DNA from: an uncultured Candidatus Saccharibacteria bacterium
GTDB taxonomy: Bacteria; Patescibacteriota; Minisyncoccia; Phycocordibacterales; UBA9973
Direction: 5' to 3'
Assembly (NCBI GenBank): GCA_964474435.1
Contig: CAYYSI010000001.1
Coordinates: forward strand, 62,647 to 126,646
DNA: 64,000 nt
The notes beneath the pieces are model-generated. The model did not search any database and was not told the DNA's origin. It worked only from the letters and a program-made list of their open reading frames with translations. The first letter of the stretch is position 1. Every line of letters starts with the position of its first letter. This document shows positions 44,401 through 53,408 of this stretch, one piece after another. The translations under genes and the position numbers were made by a program.

Positions 44401-46713
44401 GTGCGCTATTATATAGACATTATGTACCAAACATTCATCAAAAAGTTCAGCAATATTTCGTTTACCATTCTCATGATCGTCTGTGCACTCCTGCCAGTCT
44501 TTTTCTTGCCGGCGACGTGGGGTGGGATCGGGGCAGTCAAAGGGGTCATTTTGTATATTGGTGTCTTTTTGGCATTTTCGTTTTGGCTCTTGGCGCAGTT
44601 TGTCGAAGGTACGCTGCACATCCCAAAGCACAAGGCATTTCTTGCACTTGCGGCATGGGTCGTCTTTGCACTCGTCAGTGCACTGACATCCAAGAATGTT
44701 GCAGTATCACTCTGGGGCCGAGGATTTGTGATTGATTCTTTTGCGACCGTACTCGTCATCGCACTTCTCACATTTCTCGTTGCGACATTTGCGCGTGAGC
44801 AAAAGCGACTCGTGAAGCTGTTCTTGGCGACATTTGTCGGGTCAGTTGCAACAGTGTTGCTCCAAGTCATCCTCTATGTCTCTCAAAAGATTCCGTTTGT
44901 CGCAAATCATCTCGCACATGTTGCAAACCAAGGAACACTCGTCGGGACATGGGTCGACTTTGCACACTTTGTGACGTTTACATTCCTGCTCTCACTTCTC
45001 ATGTACGAAGTATTGATGCCAAAAGGCTTTTTCAAGAAGCTTTCACTGTTTGCCATGATCCTTTCGATCATCGTCCTCATATTCCTCAACTTCAAAGTTG
45101 CATGGATCGTGACGATCATCTCTGCCCTTCTGGTATTCGTCTACAAATCATCAGTTGAGCGATCAGTTGCCAAGTTTTTCCCATACCAATCAGTCGACAT
45201 CGATACTGATCCAGCCGAAGCTGCTAAAGAACTCACACCCAAGTTTCCTATCATGTCATTTGGGGCACTCCTCATTGGACTCTTCTTTTTCCTTAGTAGT
45301 GGATCGATCGGGGCACAGCTCTCGGCACGTGCAGGCATTGCATTCAATGACATCAGACCGTCATTTAGTGCAACGACGCATGTGATGCGGGCAACACTCA
45401 TTCATGACCCAGTCTTTGGAGCAGGTGCGGGACGATTTGGAGACGTATGGAATCTCTATCATCCACTCTCGATCAATCAGACACAGTTTTGGAATACGAC
45501 ATTTGACGGAGGATTTAGCATGTTTGAAACGATCATCACAACCAACGGTATTCTTGCAGCGATCGCACTCATCGCACTCCTTGCGTTTTCAATGATTCAC
45601 GGATTCCGACTCTTCAATTATCAATTCCCAGATCGGTTTAGCCGGTTCATCGCAGTGGCATCGCTCATCATGTTCATCGCCTTTGTGTCACTCTTCCTCT
45701 TTTCTTCACCTGGTATCGTACTCGTCGTCTTTGGGTTTATGTACCTCGCGCTCTTGCTCGGCGTATCAAGTATGGTTGGGCGAATACCTGTGATGGAGAT
45801 CAACTATTTGCGTGATCCACGACTTTCGTTCTTTGCGATCCTCATCCTCGTGCTCGCAACAATGGCAGGATTTACCTCTGCATATTTCTCCGGCAATCGT
45901 TTTGCAAGTATCCGCATGTACAATCGCGCACTCACAGCCCCTGACATTGCAACGGCATCAACACGTCTCGATCGCGCACTCTCTCTTTCACAAAATGATA
46001 TTTATTGGAGAACGCGTGCGGCACTGTATAGTCGCCAATTTACGGATACTGCAGCAGCCCAGAATCCTGACAAGACAGTGCTCCAAGGATACTTCACCCA
46101 AGCAGAGCAGAGCGCACGTGCCGCAGTCGCATGGGATACAACGAGTACGAGCAACTGGCTCGGGCTCAGTCAGATCTATCAGCTCCTCGCAGGCAGCAAT
46201 GCAGAAGACGCATATGCCAATGCAAAGCAAGCCGCAGACGAAGCGCAAACACGCAGTCCGATCAACCCTATCCTTCTCCTCAACCAAGCACAACTTGCGC
46301 TTACTAAACAAGACACCACTACTGCACTCGACTATATCAAACAAGCCCTCGTGCTCAAGGCAGACTATCTCGATGCATTTGTATTGCGTGCTCAGATCCG
46401 CAGCGCACAAGGTGACACGAGTGCGCCCAAGGATGAGCTGATCAAATATCTCTCAGTCGCGCCCTACGATACCCAAGGCTACATGTTGCTGGGGCAGGCA
46501 AATCTGGCGATCAAGGACTATCAAGAAGCGCTCGCAGCATATGCCACAGCAGCCAAACTAAATCCAAATGATCCAAATGCACCACTTGCAACGATCAACA
46601 CACTCATTGCCATGGGTCAGAAAGACAAGGCAATCGAAGCATTGCGCGCATTCAAAACATCGTTCCCTGGTGTTAGTGGTGTCGATGAAAAAATCAACGA
46701 GCTTCAGTATTAA
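44401..46713 (+). CDS. large polytopic membrane protein (about 12 TM, Wzy/O-antigen-ligase-like) with C-terminal TPR repeats
   Basis: The N-terminal 500 aa are highly hydrophobic with a large extracytoplasmic loop. The C-terminal 250 aa have TPR-like helices (…AYANAKQAADEAQ…LALTKQDTTTALDYIKQALVLKADYLDAFVLRAQI…). Confidence 0.55.
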   Translation: MRYYIDIMYQTFIKKFSNISFTILMIVCALLPVFFLPATWGGIGAVKGVILYIGVFLAFSFWLLAQFVEGTLHIPKHKAFLALAAWVVFALVSALTSKNVAVSLWGRGFVIDSFATVLVIALLTFLVATFAREQKRLVKLFLATFVGSVATVLLQVILYVSQKIPFVANHLAHVANQGTLVGTWVDFAHFVTFTFLLSLLMYEVLMPKGFFKKLSLFAMILSIIVLIFLNFKVAWIVTIISALLVFVYKSSVERSVAKFFPYQSVDIDTDPAEAAKELTPKFPIMSFGALLIGLFFFLSSGSIGAQLSARAGIAFNDIRPSFSATTHVMRATLIHDPVFGAGAGRFGDVWNLYHPLSINQTQFWNTTFDGGFSMFETIITTNGILAAIALIALLAFSMIHGFRLFNYQFPDRFSRFIAVASLIMFIAFVSLFLFSSPGIVLVVFGFMYLALLLGVSSMVGRIPVMEINYLRDPRLSFFAILILVLATMAGFTSAYFSGNRFASIRMYNRALTAPDIATASTRLDRALSLSQNDIYWRTRAALYSRQFTDTAAAQNPDKTVLQGYFTQAEQSARAAVAWDTTSTSNWLGLSQIYQLLAGSNAEDAYANAKQAADEAQTRSPINPILLLNQAQLALTKQDTTTALDYIKQALVLKADYLDAFVLRAQIRSAQGDTSAPKDELIKYLSVAPYDTQGYMLLGQANLAIKDYQEALAAYATAAKLNPNDPNAPLATINTLIAMGQKDKAIEALRAFKTSFPGVSGVDEKINELQY

Positions 46714-46768
46714 GTGTTAGTGCATGGTCCCTCGATTCCTCAAATTCCTCAACCGCGACGTGGCGACC

Positions 46769-48424
46769 ATGAACCAGGCAGCGCTTGTGCTTGCAGTGTT
46801 CTCGATCGGCTCACAACTCTTTGGGCTGGTGCGCGACCGCATGCTTGCGTCTCTTGTGGGACCATCGACCGCGCTCGATGTGTACTATGCAGCGTTTCGT
46901 ATTCCTGACTTTATCTACAACTCGTTTGGCGTACTCTTTTCTCTCACGGTTCTGATTCCATTTATCACGCAGTACCTCGAAGAAGAAAAGGCAGGCAAGA
47001 CACTTGCACTCAAACGATTCCTCAACAGTGTCTTTACGGTCTTTGCGATTGGGATCATCTTTGTCTGCGTCATCGTTGTGATCCTCATGCCGTGGCTCAC
47101 CCATATCACAGCTCCCGGCTTTGATGCAGTCGCGCGTGCAGATCTCATACTGTATTCACGTATCATGCTCGTCTCGCCCATACTGTTTGGGGTGTCGAGC
47201 CTGCTTTCATCATTTGCACAAGTTCAAAAGAAATTCTTTTCATTTGCGATTGCACCACTCCTCTACAACATCGGCATCTTGCTCGGCATCGTACTGTTGC
47301 GGCCGATGTGGGGTATGCTTGGAGTTGTGTTTGGGGTTGTCATCGGTGCGCTCTTGTATTTCTTGATCCAGATCCCCACACTTGTCGCACTCAAGCGCAT
47401 ACCCCAGTTTGATCTCGACATTGACTGGACACTCATCAAGCGTGTCATGACACTCTCGCTCCCGCGCACACTTGGCTCGTCACTGACCAATCTTACATTC
47501 ATCGCCATGAGCGCTATCGCATCGCTGTTGGCAGTGGGATCTATCTCTATATTTCAGCTCTCATACAATATCGAAAACACGCCACTCCTGATCATCGGAG
47601 TGTCGTACGCAGTTGCTGCATTCCCAACGATGAGCAGACTCTTTAGTGAAGGCAATCCCAAAGAGCTCCTCGCAGTGCTCTATAGTGCGGCGCGCAACAT
47701 GTTTTTCCTTGCGATTCCGGCGTCACTGCTGATCATTATATTGCGGGCGCATGTGGTGCGTGTACTGCTCGGAGCAGGAGCATTTTCGTGGAATGACACA
47801 CGACTTGTGGCTGCAGCAGTTGCGCTGTTTTCAGTATCAGTTGCCGCACAGTGCATGGTACTGCTCTTGGTTCGGGCATTTTATGCAATAGGGAACACTA
47901 GGACCGCGCTTCGTATCAATATCATCGCTACTATCATCACTATTGCTTCAAGTGTTGGACTACTTGTGTTGTACCGAGATGTCATATTCTTTAGACATTT
48001 CATGGACAGCTTGCTGCGTATCGATGGGGTAGAAGGTGCAACGGTCATCATGTTGCCCCTCGGATTTTCGATCGGGCAGATCGCAAACGCACTCATGCTT
48101 TGGCACACATTCCACAAGACTCTCCATGGCACCAAGGCCGAGAACCGCAGCCTCGCTCGGACGATCTCGCATATGCTCGCAGCTGGGATTATTGCCGCAG
48201 CATCAGCATATGCAACACTCGCGGTCCTGGGTACAAGCGTCGACCAAAGCCGGTTTTGGGGCATACTCGCACAGGCGGGGATTGCAGGCATCATTGGCCT
48301 CGTCATGTACGCAGTAGTGCTCAGGGCACTGGGGAACGAAGACATCAGTCTGTTCATCACAACACTGCGATCCAAGTTCTGGAAAGCCCGCCCAACTGTC
48401 GTCCCTCAGCAGCCTGATCTCTAA
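46769..48424 (+). CDS. murJ: lipid II flippase MurJ (MviN)
   Basis: MNQAALVLAVFSIGSQLFGLVRDRMLASLVGPSTALDVYYAAFRIPDFIYN is a canonical MurJ N-terminus. It has 14 TM helices. The start was chosen at ATG 46769. Confidence 0.8.
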   Translation: MNQAALVLAVFSIGSQLFGLVRDRMLASLVGPSTALDVYYAAFRIPDFIYNSFGVLFSLTVLIPFITQYLEEEKAGKTLALKRFLNSVFTVFAIGIIFVCVIVVILMPWLTHITAPGFDAVARADLILYSRIMLVSPILFGVSSLLSSFAQVQKKFFSFAIAPLLYNIGILLGIVLLRPMWGMLGVVFGVVIGALLYFLIQIPTLVALKRIPQFDLDIDWTLIKRVMTLSLPRTLGSSLTNLTFIAMSAIASLLAVGSISIFQLSYNIENTPLLIIGVSYAVAAFPTMSRLFSEGNPKELLAVLYSAARNMFFLAIPASLLIIILRAHVVRVLLGAGAFSWNDTRLVAAAVALFSVSVAAQCMVLLLVRAFYAIGNTRTALRINIIATIITIASSVGLLVLYRDVIFFRHFMDSLLRIDGVEGATVIMLPLGFSIGQIANALMLWHTFHKTLHGTKAENRSLARTISHMLAAGIIAAASAYATLAVLGTSVDQSRFWGILAQAGIAGIIGLVMYAVVLRALGNEDISLFITTLRSKFWKARPTVVPQQPDL

Positions 48425-48475
48425 TATATTGACAATTTCATAAAATTACAGTATTTTTTAGAAAAATCACTGTAT

Positions 48476-48868
48476 ATGAAAGAATATAAAAAATATGAAT
48501 TACTCGTTAGGGTGTTACGAGAAATAATAGATGAGTATAAATCTTCTTTTAAAACCCAACTCGAAGTATCAGATGAAATACTTACATCTTTTTCTAAAGA
48601 CTATGAAAAGTACATGGTAGTTTGTAATACAAATCAAATAAGTATATATTCAGAAATCGTTAAAGAAACTTTTCCCTATAACGAAGGAACTCCTGAAATA
48701 TATGAAGAACTTATTATGTGTATGAACGAACTAACGTACTTTCGAATCGATATTGCTGATGTTTTTTTAATTATGTCGATAGGTCTTGAAAAAAATTTAG
48801 AATTGCTTAGTCCGGCAACTGTACAGATTGCAAAAGGAGTGAGAGAAAGATTTAACAGAGTAAAATGA
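48476..48868 (+). CDS. hypothetical protein (130 aa)
   Basis: AT-rich, soluble, no motif. Confidence 0.35.
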   Translation: MKEYKKYELLVRVLREIIDEYKSSFKTQLEVSDEILTSFSKDYEKYMVVCNTNQISIYSEIVKETFPYNEGTPEIYEELIMCMNELTYFRIDIADVFLIMSIGLEKNLELLSPATVQIAKGVRERFNRVK

Positions 48869-48980
48869 AAATTATGAAGAGGTCTAATAATTATGACCTC
48901 TTTTTCTTTTCCCAAAAACGGGTTTTTCTGGTATAGTTTTCGCACCCTCCTCCGCTGAAGCTTCGGCGGGCAAAGCATCT

Positions 48981-50774
48981 ATGGACCAGAAAAACATCCG
49001 CAATTTCAGCATTATCGCCCATATCGACCACGGCAAATCTACCCTTGCCGACCGCATGCTTGAAGTCACCGGTACTATCGAAGCACGCAAAATGCGCGAG
49101 CAGGTGCTCGACTCCATGGAGCTTGAACGCGAGCGCGGCATCACGATCAAAATGCAGCCGGTCAGGATGAAGTACAAGCACGGTGGCAATGACTACATGC
49201 TCAACCTCATTGACACCCCAGGCCACATCGACTTTTCATACGAAGTATCACGGGCGCTCAAAGCTGTCGAAGGCTCACTGCTCCTGGTCGACGCAACACA
49301 AGGTGTCCAGGCGCAAACACTCACGACACTCGAAATGGCACGCGAAAGTGGACTCGTCATCATCCCAGTCATCACCAAAGTCGACTCACAACTTGCTCGT
49401 CCTGACGATATCAAGCTCGAGCTCGCAGAACTCCTCGACTGTGACCCATCGACCGTGATCGCAGTATCGGGCCGCACAGGAGATGGCGTTGCAGAGCTCC
49501 TTGCTGCCATCATCGAACGCATCCCGCCGCCAACTATCACCACTGATGCCGAGACTCCACAAGGACTTATATTCGACTTTTCATACAGCAACCACAAAGG
49601 TGTGATTATTTTTACTCGTCTCTATCAGGGCATGGTCAAGAAAGGTGACGAGCTCATCTTTGCTGCATCGAAACAAAAGTTCACCGCACTCGAAGTTGGC
49701 GTATTCACACCAGAAGCAACTCCAACCGATACACTCACTGCAGGCTCAATCGGGTACATCGTGACGGGTATCAAACAGCCTGGTATTGCAGCAGTCGGGG
49801 ACACGATTACGAGCTTCAAGAATCCACTCCCTGCACTTGGTGGCTACGAACAACCACGACCAGTGGTATGGGCATCGATCTATCCAGAAAGTCAGGATGA
49901 CTTTGATGAGCTCAAACTCGCACTTGGCAAGCTACGCCTTTCTGACTCATCATTTTCATACGAAGAAGAAGTCTCTGGTGCACTCGGACGTGGGTACCGC
50001 TGTGGATTCCTCGGCATGCTGCACCTCGAGATTATTACGGAGCGTTTGCGACGTGAGTTTAACCTCGAGCTCATTGTGACGATCCCGTCGACGACATACA
50101 TGGTGACCGTACGAGGTGGCAAAGAAATCACGGTCTACTCACCACACCTCTTTCCAGATGATGGGACTGTGCAGTCAGTGCGTGAGCCATGGGTTCGCGC
50201 ACAGGTCATTGTGCCACTTACCCAAGTTGGGGCGATCATGCCATTCCTCTATGAGCACGAAGCAGAAGTGAATGATGTATCAAACTTTGCACACGATCGA
50301 TCAAACGTCACCTGTCTCATGCCGTTGCGTGAGATGATGCGAAATTTCTTTGACGATCTCAAAAGTATTACGAGTGGTTACGGATCAGTCTCATACGAGA
50401 TCGTCGAGTATCGCGATGCAGATGTGACGCGTATGGATATGATTATTGGCGACGAAGTACAGCCGGCATTTACACGTATCATTTCTCGTCGACGTGTTGA
50501 AGAAGATGCAAATACATTTGTTGATAAATTGGAAAAGCTCATGCCGCGTCAGCAAGTCGTGATGAAGATTCAAGCAAAGGCATTTGGGCGCATTATAGCG
50601 AGTCGCACGATGAAGGCATTCCGCAAGGACGTGACGGGGCACCTCTACGGTGGGGACGTCAGCCGCAAAAATAAACTCCTGGATAAGCAAAAGAAAGGTA
50701 AGAAAAAGATGCGCGAGCACGCAACGGTCAACATCCCGCACGACGTCTTTATCAACGTCATGAAGGAAAAATAG
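48981..50774 (+). CDS. lepA: translation elongation factor 4 (LepA)
   Basis: IRNFSIIAHIDHGKSTLADRML...DTPGHIDF... (GTPase G1-G3 motifs) and a LepA-specific C-terminal domain; 597 aa. Confidence 0.95.
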   Translation: MDQKNIRNFSIIAHIDHGKSTLADRMLEVTGTIEARKMREQVLDSMELERERGITIKMQPVRMKYKHGGNDYMLNLIDTPGHIDFSYEVSRALKAVEGSLLLVDATQGVQAQTLTTLEMARESGLVIIPVITKVDSQLARPDDIKLELAELLDCDPSTVIAVSGRTGDGVAELLAAIIERIPPPTITTDAETPQGLIFDFSYSNHKGVIIFTRLYQGMVKKGDELIFAASKQKFTALEVGVFTPEATPTDTLTAGSIGYIVTGIKQPGIAAVGDTITSFKNPLPALGGYEQPRPVVWASIYPESQDDFDELKLALGKLRLSDSSFSYEEEVSGALGRGYRCGFLGMLHLEIITERLRREFNLELIVTIPSTTYMVTVRGGKEITVYSPHLFPDDGTVQSVREPWVRAQVIVPLTQVGAIMPFLYEHEAEVNDVSNFAHDRSNVTCLMPLREMMRNFFDDLKSITSGYGSVSYEIVEYRDADVTRMDMIIGDEVQPAFTRIISRRRVEEDANTFVDKLEKLMPRQQVVMKIQAKAFGRIIASRTMKAFRKDVTGHLYGGDVSRKNKLLDKQKKGKKKMREHATVNIPHDVFINVMKEK

Positions 50775-50904
50775 AAACTAGTTGAGGAGTGGGGCGAGAG
50801 TGAAAATAAGCATGCTCAAAATGACGAAAATCCCAAAGACTTTGAGCCACATGTTTGCTCGTTTTCTGTTATGATTAAATAGCATAGCTACATCCTAGCA
50901 AAGT

Positions 50905-51303
50905 ATGGCAAAAACGCAATTTACTGAAAAAAAGCAGCGACTCTCGTACAAGCGCCTCCTTGGTGCACTCATTGCCCTCGTGCTTGCGTTCCTCCTCCTC
51001 ACATCAGTAGTCTCGGTTGCGAGCAAATATTTCGCGATCAAGCGTCATATCAAGGAGCTCAACCAAGAACAAGCAACCCTTGCTGCCAAACATGAATCAT
51101 TGGAGAAAAAAAATGCATACCTCGCAACTCCCGCCGGCCAAGAACAGGCGCTCCGTGACAAATACAACGTCGTGAAGCCTGGTGAGGGTATGATCGTCAT
51201 TGTGCCGCCAGATGTCAGCAGGGAACCCGAGGACAAACCTTCGGCAGTATCGAGGTGGTGGAGTGCCATAATTGCAGGTTTGGGCATCGGCCGTGACAAG
51301 TGA
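50905..51303 (+). CDS. septum-formation initiator family protein (FtsB / DivIC-like)
   Basis: A single TM (LLGALIALVLAFLLLTSVV) is followed by a coiled coil (IKELNQEQATLAAKHESLEKKNAYL), typical of FtsB/DivIC. Confidence 0.55.
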   Translation: MAKTQFTEKKQRLSYKRLLGALIALVLAFLLLTSVVSVASKYFAIKRHIKELNQEQATLAAKHESLEKKNAYLATPAGQEQALRDKYNVVKPGEGMIVIVPPDVSREPEDKPSAVSRWWSAIIAGLGIGRDK

Positions 51304-51317
51304 TATACTGAGCCTAT

Positions 51318-51554
51318 ATGAAGGAAATCACGATCTACAGCACACCCGTATGTCATTATTGCAACCTTGCCAAGGAATTCTTCAAGGCCAATAATATTGC
51401 GTATACCGAATACAACGTTGCGGCTGATGCGGACAAGCGTGCAGAAATGATTGATCTGACCGGACAGCTCGGAGTGCCAGTCATCAGAGTAGGAGACGAC
51501 GTTATGGTAGGGTTCCAAGAGTCTCATATGAGGCAGGTCTTGGGCATGGCGTAG
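51318..51554 (+). CDS. glutaredoxin-like protein (NrdH/YruB-type, CxxC)
   Basis: MKEITIYSTPVCHYCNLAKEFF...VPVIRVGD... has a glutaredoxin fold with a CHYC active site. Confidence 0.75.
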   Translation: MKEITIYSTPVCHYCNLAKEFFKANNIAYTEYNVAADADKRAEMIDLTGQLGVPVIRVGDDVMVGFQESHMRQVLGMA

Positions 51555-51561
51555 TATTTTT

Positions 51562-51678
51562 CTCGCAGGCAAAAGTACATTTCTCGAAATACACGAAAAT
51601 ATTCTGCTGAATATTTTCTCCTTCCGGCGCCAGTCGCGCCTCCAGAGGCATTTCTCAAAAAATACTTTTGCCTGCTCG
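51562..51678. repeat. structured intergenic repeat element, copy C (between the glutaredoxin-like gene and tRNA-Arg)
   Basis: A 13-bp outer stem GCAGGCAAAAGTA / TACTTTTGCCTGC encloses hairpin GAAAATATTC-tgct-GAATATTTTC plus hairpin GGCGC-cagtc-GCGCC, the same architecture as copies A and B. Confidence 0.55.
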
Positions 51679-51686
51679 AAGTGTAT

Positions 51687-51758
51687 GCCCTCATAGTTTA
51701 ATGGATAGAACAGTCCCGTCCTAAGGGATTGATGTGCGTTCGATTCGTGCTGAGGGCA
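51687..51758 (+). tRNA. tRNA-Arg (anticodon CCU)
   Basis: GCCCTCATAGTTTAATGGATAGAACAGTCCCGTCCTAAGGGATTGATGTGCGTTCGATTCGTGCTGAGGGCA has a 7-bp acceptor stem, anticodon loop GTCCTAA, and T-loop TTCGATT. The isotype is less certain than the tRNA call itself. Confidence 0.7.
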
Positions 51759-51778
51759 CTTTTTGGTATACTTAGTGT

Positions 51779-52036
51779 ATGGAACAAGAACTCGATACAC
51801 GCCTCAAAGCGATGGAAAAGAAAATCGATGACATGAACAATGTCGTCTCAAAAATGCATCGTTCACAGCGCAACGCCCGCAATCGCAAGATGCTGTATTG
51901 GGCAGTCATTATTGTGCTCTCTATCATCTCGTACTACTCGATCAAGCCGTATCTGACAGAACTCAAAAATGCGTATGGAGTAGGCGAGGAATCAACCTCA
52001 AACTATGCTGATTTGCTGAAATCGATCAACGAATAA
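51779..52036 (+). CDS. hypothetical small protein with C-terminal TM helix
   Basis: An N-terminal coiled coil is followed by a TM (MLYWAVIIVLSIISYY). Confidence 0.4.
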   Translation: MEQELDTRLKAMEKKIDDMNNVVSKMHRSQRNARNRKMLYWAVIIVLSIISYYSIKPYLTELKNAYGVGEESTSNYADLLKSINE

Positions 52037-52080
52037 GGTTGCCGAAACGCCGTTTTTCGGGTATAACATATGCACCAAAT

Positions 52081-52153
52081 GCTCAGGTAGCTCAGTTGGT
52101 AGAGCGCTCCCCTGAAGAGGGAGATGTCACCAGTTCAAGTCTGGTCCTGAGCA
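52081..52153 (+). tRNA. tRNA-Phe (anticodon GAA)
   Basis: GCTCAGGTAGCTCAGTTGGTAGAGCGCTCCCCTGAAGAGGGAGATGTCACCAGTTCAAGTCTGGTCCTGAGCA; anticodon loop CTGAAGA; canonical D and T arms. Confidence 0.9.
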
Positions 52154-52160
52154 CAAATAA

Positions 52161-52197
52161 CAAAAATACCACCTCGATATAAGGTGGTATTTTTGTA
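52161..52197. terminator. bidirectional rho-independent terminator ATACCACCT-cgatata-AGGTGGTAT
   Basis: A perfect 9-bp stem has A5 upstream and T4 downstream. It sits between tRNA-Phe (+) and the hsp20 stop (-). Confidence 0.8.
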
Positions 52198-52713
52198 TTA
52201 GATCGATTTAATCTTGAGATGTGCCCGGCGACGTTTGTCGACTTTTGGCATTTTGATGATGAGCATGCCGTGTCGCTCGATGGCCTCAGCGGCGTCGATC
52301 TCGACTTCTTCGGGGAGGTTCACCACGCGCTCAAATGATCCCCAGTAGAGCTCGCGGATGTGATATGCGTCGTTGGGAATACCTTTGCTTTCTTCGCGCT
52401 TACCAGAGATCTTGACCACGTCACGAGTGATGTCGATCGAGAGGTGTTCGGGCATGACGCCTGCGATGAGTGTCTGAATGATGAGTTCGTTGGGAGTTTC
52501 GTACACGTCGACAGGGAGCTCGCCGACTTCTTCGGGAGCTGTTGGGACAACTGAATGTTCAGCGTCTTTGTTGATCGGGACGTCGCGTCGTTCAGTGTGA
52601 GATGAACGCTTGTCGTCTTTCTTTACCTCGTGCTCTTTGAGCTCGATTTCTTCATCGGTATCGTCAAAGCGCAGGTTGCCTGCTAAACGTTCAAAAAATG
52701 AGGGCTTTTTCAT
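52198..52713 (-). CDS. Hsp20 / alpha-crystallin family small heat-shock protein
   Basis: The alpha-crystallin domain is ...VDVYETPNELIIQTLIAGVMPEHLSIDITRDVVKISGKRE...RSFRL-like. The start was chosen at ATG 52713, abutting the stop of the upstream gene. Confidence 0.8.
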   Translation of the reverse strand: MKKPSFFERLAGNLRFDDTDEEIELKEHEVKKDDKRSSHTERRDVPINKDAEHSVVPTAPEEVGELPVDVYETPNELIIQTLIAGVMPEHLSIDITRDVVKISGKREESKGIPNDAYHIRELYWGSFERVVNLPEEVEIDAAEAIERHGMLIIKMPKVDKRRRAHLKIKSI

Positions 52714-53408
52714 AATGGGGCCAACGTCCTGGGAGGGATGCGTCGGAATTTTTCGAGAATGACGTGACTGATAATCGCAACGATCCACAAGTAGCCGTAT
52801 ATCTGAAGGAAGCTTGCGGTGTCGTTCTTTAGTATAAAAAAGTTAAACGTACTATGCAAGAAAATAGCACCCGCAATGCCGATCACGATGCCCATACTGC
52901 GTATCGCACGAGGGGTGAGCGTGATCACAATACCGATGAAACATGATGCGATCGCATGCAGCAGTGTGGATCCAAAGAATCGGAGGCCACCAGTGAGCAA
53001 GCTTGCGGTGATATTGAAACTCAGTCCAGGCTTGAGGATATAAAAGATATTTTCAAGGGCAGCAAAGCCGAGTGCAACGGCGATCAAGTACATTGCCGGG
53101 TCGAGCGCGTCATCATCGTACGTGCTTTTGTACGCAACGATATAAAAGACTACGAATTTCAGGGTTTCTTCGATGCCTGCCCACACTGCAATGCGGGTCG
53201 TAGGGTCAGTGACCATATCTTTGAATCCTTGTTGGAGGAATGTGGCAAGGAAGACACTTGCAGCACCGAGGAGGAAACAGAGTAATACAAGCCCCATTGG
53301 TTCACGGCCACGCTTCACCAAATGTCTCCAGAAGACCAACCACAACAGTGATGGAGAAAGTCCTATGATAACTGCCCAGGCAGTAGGAGAGATTACGATG
53401 TTGGCCAT
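52710..53408 (-). CDS. PrsW / CPBP-family intramembrane metalloprotease
   Basis: A polytopic membrane protein with GIEETLKF (EExxK), FGSTLLHAIAS (FxxxH) and FLHSTFNF (HxxxN) motifs. It is in an operon with hsp20. Confidence 0.6.
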   Translation of the reverse strand: MANIVISPTAWAVIIGLSPSLLWLVFWRHLVKRGREPMGLVLLCFLLGAASVFLATFLQQGFKDMVTDPTTRIAVWAGIEETLKFVVFYIVAYKSTYDDDALDPAMYLIAVALGFAALENIFYILKPGLSFNITASLLTGGLRFFGSTLLHAIASCFIGIVITLTPRAIRSMGIVIGIAGAIFLHSTFNFFILKNDTASFLQIYGYLWIVAIISHVILEKFRRIPPRTLAPL

